A stretch of DNA of 63,995 bases, the filler included, from Octopus bimaculoides (taxonomy: Eukaryota): assembly GCF_001194135.2 (NCBI RefSeq). It is 9 parts of 9 records of this genome, joined end to end, with 100 filler letters (N's around TTAATTAATTAA, not from the genome) between each part and the next. Parts side by side here need not be neighbours in the genome. Positions count along the whole stretch, not along the records: positions 35,292 to 56,656 come from NC_069000.1; positions 56,757 to 61,596 come from NC_068997.1; positions 61,697 to 63,995 come from NC_068991.1; 6 more parts are not named here. The stretch is one strand, 5' to 3'. Under the pieces are notes generated by a model. That model ran no database searches and was not told the origin of the DNA. It saw nothing but the letters and a program-made list of their open reading frames with translations. This document shows positions 53,329 to 63,995 of the stretch, one piece after another. The first letter of the stretch is position 1; the number at the start of each line of letters is the position of its first letter. The position numbers and the translations under genes are program-made.

Positions 53329-54389
53329 GAAAGAGAGAGAGAGAGATAAAGATACATAGAGTGATGCAGTTTATAACTTATATTCAAATATAAGAGGAAC
53401 CGTAAGACATAAACTAGAGAAGGGTTTAATTATTATCGAAGAGTTGAATATATATTAAATTAATGACACTAACTACAAAAAGAATATTCATAAGAAACAG
53501 TTTCCTCAAAATATACTTCAAGGAATATAAAATTACATTTACAAATATTTATTAGATGGAAAGCGCTAAACGTTTCATGACGTAAATATGGTGGCAAGAT
53601 TGTTATTTCGGCTAAAATATAGAGAGAAGGAGCTTTAAAACGTAAAACAAGCAAGTAATAGTAATGTTTATAAAGTGAACGTTATGAGGTGGGGGTTACT
53701 GACGATAGACGGGAACGGGTGATGTTGGCGATACAGATATTTTAATGGTTAGCATCGATCAGAAAATTCTAGTTCTTGTGAGTTTATCATTAATATAATC
53801 ACCATGTTGTTAAATACGACATAATTATGTGCAATCTTGGGTAAATATTGATTTATATTATAGGTAAAGTTTATATATCATATATTTATACTTTTATAAA
53901 GGAAAATATAATTTGATGTATATTTTTGCAATACTTTAACTGATAATATATATATAAATACATATATATAATTTTTTAACGGAAAACTATAATCCGATGT
54001 ATTAAACCGTGAGAAAATGCTGAGATTTGAAATATTAGAAAAGATTAATATCTTAAAGTGAAATAAACATAATGTGGATTTGTAATAATGGAATGTAACA
54101 TAGGCATAAAGCCAGAATTTTGATACGAGAAGAATAGTCGATTAGAACGTCTCCAGTACTAGACTGAGATTTTGTATTATGGATCCTGGAAGAATAAAAA
54201 TTGACTGCATTGGTATTTGATCTGAGACGGTAAAGAGCCGGAACAAATAGGTCAAGGCATTTTGTCCGACGTTCTAATGGTTCTGCCAATCTCAGAGAAT
54301 ATCTAATAACAGTACTATTTAAGCAAGAAGTTAGTTGTGTTAAATATGGTACGGTGATCAAATTACTTTTTAACGTGAGTTTTCCCGTC

Positions 54390-54615
54390 ATTAGTGAGAA
54401 ATATCGGCTTCAAATGTTGGTACCAGGGCAGCAAGTTCGGGGAGAGGGCTAAGTGAATTACATTGACACCAATGTTCAACTAGGACTCATTTTGTCGACA
54501 CCGAAAGGATAAAAAGCAAAGTCGACCCCGTTGGCATTTGAACTCAGAATGTAAACACGGATGAAATGTTGCTAAGCATTTTGCCCGACGTGCTAACGGT
54601 TCTGCCAGGTTGGCG
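54390..54615 (-). mobile_element. SINE family B
   Basis: Reverse complement of the family B consensus. Confidence 0.8.
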
Positions 54616-54761
54616 ACTTTCCCATGCTGAGAAGTATCAATAAATAACTATGGTTTAAACCATGAAAGAAAAAAAACGTCTTATTTGGAAGAAATAGGTT
54701 AACAGATATTTAGAATAATTTTTAATGCTTTGTATTGTTCATTTAGGAATCTTTTCTTTTA

Positions 54762-55180
54762 AATACTACTTATTCCAGTCGTTAGACTGCGGCCATGCCG
54801 GAGGACCGCCTTTAGCTTTTTGTCAAATACAACGACGCCAGTATTTATTTTTTAAGCCCGGTACTTATCCTATCGGTCTCCTTTGCCGAACCTCTAATTT
54901 ACGGGCGGTGCAAACACACCAACACCGGTTGTGAAATGGTAGCGGGAGGACAAGCACAGACAGAAAAGAACATACACATAGATATACTCATATATCTATA
55001 TCTATATATATTTATTTATTTATACGACGAACGTCTTTCAGTGTCCGTCTCCCAAATTCACTTACAAACTTTTAGTCGGTTCGTGGCTATAGTAAAAGAG
55101 TCTTACCCTAGGTGACACGCAGTGGGATTGAACTTGGAGCCATGTGATTGGGAAGCAAGCTTCTTAACACACAGCCACGT
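54762..55180 (-). mobile_element. SINE family A, full length, diverged
   Basis: ttccagtcgttagactgcggccatgc…cttaacacacagccacg. Confidence 0.85.
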
Positions 55181-56756
55181 AGTTTTCTGAGATGAAGCAT
55201 ATTAGTGAAAACTTTAGAATCCTAAGGGGTTTTAATGCTATGTTACCAGAATCGACTTATTCTGGAGACATTAACTACAAGTCATTATAATAATATTGAG
55301 AAACTAAGAACTTTATTCAAAACACAATGTGTTATGTCGGTGTCAGCCGAGAAATTTCTCCCTCAAAACAACCTTTTATATTGGATCTTAATTTGTAAGG
55401 GAACAAGTCGTGCTTATTGATACCCAATTCATTTGATTTTACTCATCACTTTAAAACTCACTCACTTTTTTATGGTTCGGATTAATTGAATTATATTATT
55501 ATTATAGATTGAAAACTATAAACCTTTACTCATCATGTATTACTAAATTGATTTATGATAATCGATACTTACCTTAGATGCATACACAATTGTACCATAC
55601 TTAGTCACAAAGTCATTTTGTTAATGATAAATTAACAACGTTTCTCATTTTATGATTTAATTCCCACTATTCGACATCTAGGAAGTTTAATTACTTTGGT
55701 CTCGTCTTCGATTCCTTCCTTCCTCTTCTGTCACCCTAATTAACCATCTCACATCCATACCTATGGAATTTCTTCTTCATCATTTATTTGACTCATTTCT
55801 TCTCTCTGTAACATAACTTTGTAAACATAAACGCACATTCCTTTGGATATTGCTTGAGGAGCCTGTTTCAGGTGATAATTCAAAGTCACAATAAATATAT
55901 TTAGAATACAGTGTTCTGGCTAAATTTGATATTTTATGTCTCTTGTTTTTAGGAACAGCTTGAATTATTGGTAACTTGTCAACAGCTTTGAAGAGCATAA
56001 ACATTAAATTTGTTATTAAGAAAAAGTTAGCTGATATGGAGGAGGGAAAGACATCTGAATATTGGAAAAGAATTACCTGTATCATGAGGATTCGCACTAG
56101 CTAACCAAACGCTGTTGAACCAGAGATGACCGGGATCTCTTGTCAGATGAAAAGAATTTCTGCCAGGACCAGTTGCATAACACCCAGAACAACTAATGCT
56201 TGTCTACAAACCAAGTGATACAAGGAAAACTAAGTTCCATCAACTGCAATAGTCTTTCGGTGTGTCTCAAGTGAAATGAAGTCATCCCACCCCACTGCTT
56301 TGAAAAGGCCCTCAGACGAATTAGAGTTGGCTTCATCAATTTGAGCCAATTCTCCAGCACACAACCCCTTGTAATTTTGATCTAGTTGACCATCTTCCCT
56401 ATTTCCTTGATTTGCCGCCATCTAACTATCATCTGTTTCCCAACAGTGAATAACACATGCTTGGGAAACAATATCGCAGTGATGTTGTCGTCATATCTTC
56501 TCTTAATAACGTTTTTGACCAACAAGATAAAGCTTCATCACCAATGGGATCAAAGCACTGCATTACCGATGGGAAAGGGCACGGAACACCAAGGGGACTG
56601 AGTTAAAGATTAAACCTCATATGGTCAGCCGATGAACTTTCCAGCCGACCTGTACANNNNNNNNNNNNNNNNNNNNNNNNNNNNNNNNNNNNNNNNNNNN
56701 TTAATTAATTAANNNNNNNNNNNNNNNNNNNNNNNNNNNNNNNNNNNNNNNNNNNN

Positions 56757-56808
<52 letters not shown>

Positions 56809-56810
56809 TG

Positions 56811-56842
<32 letters not shown>

Positions 56843-57155
56843 GAGATGGAGAGATAGATAGATAGATAGACTGAAAGATAGATAGCTAGATGGATATGCG
56901 TTACCTACACGCACCCCCATGCATATAAAATATTTGTATGTTCATGTTACATACGAATATATATATACACACACACACACACGTCGCACATATAAGATGG
57001 TGAGATACTCCGCCCTAGATATAGACAAACACTCATAAAAACAATATTATATGTATATGTTTGTATATGTATATTTGTAAATAGCTATATTATATATATG
57101 TGTGTGTGTATATATATTCGTATGTAACATGAACATACAAATATTTTATATGCAA

Positions 57156-57196
<41 letters not shown>

Positions 57197-57206
57197 NNNN
57201 NNNNNN

Positions 57207-57248
<42 letters not shown>

Positions 57249-57495
57249 CAAATGGAAATATTGAAAAGACATAACATAACAAACAGAAAATTCGTAGCTT
57301 ATTCTTCATCAAACAGCATCGAAAAATGGTTTTATATCCGTGATCTTTAAAAACAGCTTGTATATAAAATCCCCCTGGTACTCTTGTATTCTCTGTTGTT
57401 TCATGTCATTTCATTTCATTTCCCCACTTTTTTGGATCTTATCCTTATTTTCATTATCATTACCATCATCATAATCATCATCATCATCATCATCA

Positions 57496-57557
<62 letters not shown>

Positions 57558-58779
57558 GTTATTGTTATTATTATTATTATTATTAGTGAAGAGGTTGTCT
57601 AAGTTAACTAATTAATAAATCAAGTACCCCGTTGAGTGCTCGATAAATCCATCAATCGATAAATAGGTTTGTCAGTCTTTTTTGCCGCCTTTCATGACCT
57701 CATCAAAGGTGTATTCTGGCCAATCCAGTTCTGACCTTATTAAACTAAATATTAAAAAAAAATTATAANNNNNNNNNNNNNNNNNNNNNNNNNNNNNNNN
57801 NNNNNNNNNNNNNNNNNNNNNNNNNNNNNNNNNNNNNNNNNNNNNNNNNNNNNNNNNNNNNNNNNNNNNNNNNNNNNNNNNNNNNNNNNNNNNNNNNNNN
57901 NNNNNNNNNNNNNNNNNNNNNNNNNNNNNNNNNNNNNNNNNNNNNNNNNNNNNNNNNNNNNNNNNNNNNNNNNNNNNNNNNNNNNNNNNNNNNNNNNNNN
58001 NNNNNNNNNNNNNNNNNNNNNNNNNNNNNNNNNNNNNNNNNNNNNNNNNNNNNNNNNNNNNNNNNNNNNNNNNNNNNNNNNNNNNNNNNNNNNNNNNNNN
58101 NNNNNNNNNNNNNNNNNNNNNNNNNNNNNNNNNNNNNNNNNNNNNNNNNNNNNNNNNNNNNNNNNNNNNNNNNNNNNNNNNNNNNNNNNNNNNNNNNNNN
58201 NNNNNNNNNNNNNNNNNNNNNNNNNNNNNNNNNNNNNNNNNNNNNNNNNNNNNNNNNNNNNNNNNNNNNNNNNNNNNNNNNNNNNNNNNNNNNNNNNNNN
58301 NNNNNNNNNNNNNNNNNNNNNNNNNNNNNNNNNNNNNNNNNNNNNNNNNNNNNNNNNNNNNNNNNNNNNNNNNNNNNNNNNNNNNNNNNNNNNNNNNNNN
58401 NNNNNNNNNNNNNNNNNNNNNNNNNNNNNNNNNNNNNNNNNNNNNNNNNNNNNNNNNNNNNNNNNNNNNNNNNNNNNNNNNNNNNNNNNNNNNNNNNNNN
58501 NNNNNNNNNNNNNNNNNNNNNNNNNNNNNNNNNNNNNNNNNNNNNNNNNNNNNNNNNNNNNNNNNNNACATCACATTTAATCAACAATGCATACGCATTC
58601 ACTAACACACACACACACACATACGTATTTCAACAACGATTGTGCATCATGGACTCATTATAAGCTAAAGGTCTGTTTCTTAATTATATTAACTAATCAA
58701 TCATTAACATTAAAATAATGCAATTGAAGTAATTTCGATTCATTACACATGACATGCACAAATATTACACACACACACA

Positions 58780-58834
<55 letters not shown>

Positions 58835-59262
58835 CAAGCGTTTTACGGAGTCAAGCCTTTATGAATTACCTCCCTTACTGATTGTCCTTTCATTCAGTGC
58901 AAAACATAAATACTGAGATAGCCTAAGCCACGCCTTATTCTCGTCTCTGTATTATTTATTTGTAACCTAGGTTTCTGATTGGCTAAATCTATTCGACCAA
59001 TGAAATGGTGACGCTGTAGAATGCTGTGAAATTTACTACTCTGTTCAATAAGTTTTGGAACTTTATTTATTAATAATTCCTCAATTAATTTTGTGCTTCT
59101 ATAAGAGATTTGTGGTTACTACTGAGTTACGATATTAGAAGTGTACTGACGTGTGCGCGTGTGTGAGAGTAAGGGGTGGTTATATATATTATTTGACTAT
59201 ATGGACCAAACCTAAAATACTCGATAAAATTATACAATTAATAGAATTGATTCATTTATATT

Positions 59263-59299
<37 letters not shown>

Positions 59300-59344
59300 C
59301 GTGTGTTCTGTTTGTTTGTGGGTATGTGAGAAAATTCATATACG

Positions 59345-59500
59345 CGCGGTTGTGTTGTAAGAAACTTGGTTCCAAACTACATGGTTCCAGGTTCAGTCCC
59401 ATTGCGTAGCACCTTGAGTAAGTGTCTTCTATTATAGCCGTGCCAATCAAAGCCTTGTGAGTGGTTTTGATTGACAGAAACTGAAAGAAGCCTGTGGTAT
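59345..59500 (+). mobile_element. SINE family A, 5' half
   Basis: gcggttgtgttgtaagaaac…ggttcagtccc…aaactgaaagaagcc. Confidence 0.75.
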
Positions 59501-61017
59501 ATGTGCATATAGGTTACGGAGACACACCGACATCGGTTCTCAAGTGATAGTGGGGGTGGGGGGATACGCATCAATATATATATATATATTCACAGCGTTC
59601 AACACATACACACTTCACGTCTGGCTGTACAGCCTTTTTGTTTGTTTATTTCACCGTTTCGTTTTCCTGTCTTGTTTTTCGTCCGCCACTACCCTCCACG
59701 AAAACAATTTAATTTGTGTTCGTGGGAAGAACCATTTTAACGATGCGTACTGCTTTAATTCTTCGAAACGCCGGAGCTTTAATGGTGGCAGCTGATGAAG
59801 GGGATGTTTCTATGTGGCCTGCTTGTTTGTTGCACCTTGTTTACCATTTTCTCCTTGTTCTTTTGCCACGTCATGTACCCAGTTATGTATCTATATGTAC
59901 ATGTAGATGAACGTATATACATGCATGTACATATATATGCATATACTCATATATTGTTTNNNNNNNNNNNNNNNNNNNNNNNNNNNNNNNNNNNNNNNNN
60001 NNNNNNNNNNNNNNNNNNNNNNNNNNNNNNNNNNNNNNNNNNNNNNNNNNNNNNNNNNNNNNNNNNNNNNNNNNNNNNNNNNNNNNNNNNNNNNNNNNNN
60101 NNNNNNNNNNNNNNNNNNNNNNNNNNNNNNNNNNNNNNNNNNNNNNNNNNNNNNNNNNNNNNNNNNNNNNNNNNNNNNNNNNNNNNNNNNNNNNNNNNNN
60201 NNNNNNNNNNNNNNNNNNNNNNNNNNNNNNNNNNNNNNNNNNNNNNNNNNNNNNNNNNNNNNNNNNNNNNNNNNNNNNNNNNNNNNNNNNNNNNNNNNNN
60301 NNNNNNNNNNNNNNNNNNNNNNNNNNNNNNNNNNNNNNNNNNNNNNNNNNNNNNNNNNNNNNNNNNNNNNNNNNNNNNNNNNNNNNNNNNNNNNNNNNNN
60401 NNNNNNNNNNNNNNNNNNNNNNNNNNNNNNNNNNNNNNNNNNNNNNNNNNNNNNNNNNNNNNNNNNNNNNNNNNNNNNNNNNNNNNNNNNNNNNNNNNNN
60501 NNNNNNNNNNNNNNNNNNNNNNNNNNNNNNNNNNNNNNNNNNNNNNNNNNNNNNNNNNNNNNNNNNNNNNNNNNNNNNNNNNNNNNNNNNNNNNNNNNNN
60601 NNNNNNNNNNNNNNNNNNNNNNNNNNNNNNNNNNNNNNNNNNNNNNNNNNNNNNNNNNNNNNNNNNNNNNNNNNNNNNNNNNNNNNNNNNNNNNNNNAGC
60701 AAGCATACATATGTATGTGTGTGGGGGCGGTGTAATGTCACTTCTTTTATTCTTTTAAGGTTTGGGCAGCGGCCATGTTGAGAATCAAACTTCAAGGGAT
60801 TTACTCAAAACACTAACATCAAAATTCTGCAGAATTATTGGCACGGTGCCGAGCCGTGTCAAGAATACTTCCAATACAAACAGTTGGGAAATCTCCAAGA
60901 CTCATTATTATTTTTTTTTTTTTTTTAGTGTGTTTATATTTTTTTGTTTTGTTTGTTCTTCTATTATATATTTCTGTATTCTTTACATTATATAATTACA
61001 TATCAGCATTCACTTTC

Positions 61018-61063
<46 letters not shown>

Positions 61064-62016
61064 GACTACTATATCGTTAGGTTGTGGCTGTTGTTCTTAT
61101 TCGCGCTATTTATCTTCTGTTATTAGTATAAGGGCTGCGTTTACATGATCTTCAGGTTCATTATAAACGATGAGCAACAAATAATTACACACGCGCGCGC
61201 GCACAGAGCCGTATATGCATACACTTATAAACTCATATACACATACATACACACACAGTAAACAAAAATCACAGGCTTGTATAACTACATACATTCTGAC
61301 GGATGCACATTGTCACGTATATGTTCGTCGATATTAACTCTGTATGTATTTATTTGTATATACGACCGCATGTATATATGTTCATACATATGTAAGTATA
61401 GATGTACCGTACATGTATGTGTGTGTATATGTTTGTGTATGTATTTATGTGCGTGTATATAAAGACTGTAGATAAATAAAATGACTGAATGCGTGTATAT
61501 AGTGTCCTGAATCATTCATTGTATAAGCAAATGGGCCGTTATATTTTACATACATGCAGACATATATAGAAATATATATATATATATATATATATANNNN
61601 NNNNNNNNNNNNNNNNNNNNNNNNNNNNNNNNNNNNNNNNTTAATTAATTAANNNNNNNNNNNNNNNNNNNNNNNNNNNNNNNNNNNNNNNNNNNNTAAT
61701 ATTCACTTGGTTTACATGGAGAAATAGAACTTTCGGCCTTCACGCGCTGAAACAAAAGGGAAGGTCATACAGTATTAATTGTTTATTACTGATTTAAGAA
61801 GGCAATATATGAGGCCACAACTGTGACATGATAAATAAATCCTCCTATCTACATACCATTGTAAATACTAACACCAGTGATATTTTAATTATAACTAGTA
61901 ATATTTTAATTAAGTCGACATAAATGAGACAAGAAATTTAGAAGAGTAACCTCGTTACGATGCAAACTAACTGAAATCATACAATATAAGCAAGTTATGA
62001 CTTTCTCTTTCTCTCT

Positions 62017-62056
<40 letters not shown>

Positions 62057-63168
62057 ATCGCTTTCTCTTTCTTCCATTTATATAATTTTATATCGATACC
62101 AATGTTACTGCGCATATTCTTTTCCAGTGCCATACCATTTAACAAATATGTCATCGATGGTGTTACAAAATGACAATGTCTCAGATGTTATTGTTGATTT
62201 TCAAATTCTTTCTAGAATTTTGAGTCGTAAAATATGTTTCTCTTTTGCACAACTTTCGCTTTTACTTTCTTTTTCCACAGACCTTCCATATCATCCACCA
62301 ATGCGGATACCAACTTATCATTTTGCCTCGTTTTATAGCAAACATCTTTATGTTATAGCCAAAATATAATTGATATCTCCGTTAAATTGTTATGAAGAAT
62401 CTCAAGTTGCGGCCGTTTGCTGAATGTTTTAACCATTGTTGAATACATCCTGTGTTGAATGCGCAAAATCCTGCTCGTTTTTATTATTTTAAATTAATTT
62501 TTTATCAGACTGATGAAAGGCAACAATAATAAAGCAAAGTGAAGAACAGATCGGCAATCGATTTTGAATATTTCAGTTGAAATTCCTGTGAAACTGGCTT
62601 AACGCCAACTCGTATTGAATTCCGTAAGAAGTATCTGTTATTTCTCTATCGGTAATTTCAAAGTGTTCACCATTATTGGCTTACCAAACTTTCAGACTAC
62701 TAATATTTTGATGAACCAGTCACGTGCTACAAAATTAAAGGCCCAATATATCACATTTATTATTTTCCTGTCGTTGTGTATCTTGCCATTCTTAATTCCA
62801 AGGTCATTAAATTGAACTATCAAGAAAAGGGATTTATATAAATGTTTATCACTCCTCCGAAATTCACGAACCCTGCCAATTTATTTATTGTCTTTTATAT
62901 TTTACTGTTACTATTATTATTATATAATCAGCATCATCATCATCATTATTACTAATTATTATTATGTAGAGTTGTCGCTGATCGGAAGAGGTGACCGTCT
63001 GGAAGGGATGTTCTCGCCGCTCCTTTCTGCCAACGGGTAGCCCCACGCAACCCTGTGCGTAATCGACTCTACACGGCCGGCGTGTCCCCGACTTTAAGCT
63101 GCAGCCCCGCCCGCCCTAAAGTGAACTCTGCCAATTTATTTATTGTCTTTTATATTTTATTATTACTA

Positions 63169-63230
<62 letters not shown>

Positions 63231-63314
63231 GTTCAGTAGTTTTATTTTTATAACGTGCTTTCACTTCACTACCGAGCGCAGCTCTGTGCGCCTTGGGTAT
63301 GTGCTGTGGTTTGC

Positions 63315-63371
<57 letters not shown>

Positions 63372-63374
<3 letters not shown>

Positions 63375-63905
63375 AGTGAGAGAGCAGTGCATACCATCAA
63401 AGTAACACTGGGGTAAAATATACGAAGTCCACTATACCAATTATGACTACCCGTCTGGTAAGGTTACACCAAGCACATGCATCACAACCATGTAGGTGCG
63501 ACGTGGTGATCGCATATCAAGATAAATAGCACATGACTTTGCAGGTCGGGCTCAGTTAGAATTTTGTTCAGATCAAGTAGACCATGCCGATCAAATTTTC
63601 CCTGAATAAGGGTTGTTAAGAATGTCGAACAAAGCACCAATGTTTCCAAAGATGAATTATTCAAACTTCAAAGAATTCTTCTCAACACATGGCTATGATG
63701 CTCTCCCACAACTTCTGCTAGTGATCAGAGATGCACATATCGTCAGCCACAAAGGGACATGCTCAACTGGTTAAGGTCAAACAACTGACAAGCAAATCCT
63801 TGATATTGAGCAGAATATTTACTGAAGCCCAACTTTTATACCAAAACAAAACATGTACATGATAACACTTCCAATCAGTTAAGATCAGAAGCCATGAGAG
63901 CCTGT
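63372..63905 (-). mobile_element. Family C repeat in an (ATT)n tract
   Basis: Reverse complement of 50727-51150. Confidence 0.75.
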
Positions 63906-63935
63906 GCACGGTACTGCATCAGGGCATTTATTATC

Positions 63936-63995
<60 letters not shown>

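Noticed and set aside
55780-56421. ORFs of 105 and 63 aa on the minus strand
   Set aside because: No identifiable motifs; may be decayed repeat sequence
56434-56470. 10-bp hairpin tgtttcccaa/ttgggaaaca
   Set aside because: Too short to be significant without context
59760-59805. cttcGAAAC…CTGATGAagggg in permuted hammerhead order
   Set aside because: Could not build stem III/UH and stem I between the two core halves
62511-62605. CTGATGA…GAAAC pair
   Set aside because: No proper stem III or cleavage triplet; stem II pairing poor

Overview
AT-rich, gap-ridden animal genomic DNA, most likely octopus. This is inferred from my recall of the SINE/RTE repeat families, the extreme microsatellite load and TTAATTAATTAA-padded gaps; it was not checked against a database. 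The window is almost entirely transposon debris and simple repeats: two distinct Penelope-like elements (PLEs), a Tc1 IR-DR transposon, a deleted mariner, RTE and R4/Dong LINE fragments, and about 20 SINE copies. The only convincing host coding sequence is one 59-nt exon (31250-31308, +) encoding the DTSGQ (G3) motif of a Ras-superfamily, probably Rho-type, GTPase, so much of the window may be giant introns. The most notable unannotated signal is a set of about 8 type I hammerhead ribozyme (HHR) motifs: 3 with intact cores, the rest decayed. Most have a minimal palindromic stem III (GAAAC-AGCT-GUA) and several have unusually enlarged stem II domains; two sets sit in head-to-head inverted repeats. 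Also present are a pri-miRNA-sized hairpin, a Helitron-like 3' end, a tRNA-like cassette and a degenerate 16-bp minisatellite. Most long ORFs in the supplied track are artefacts of N-gaps and microsatellites.
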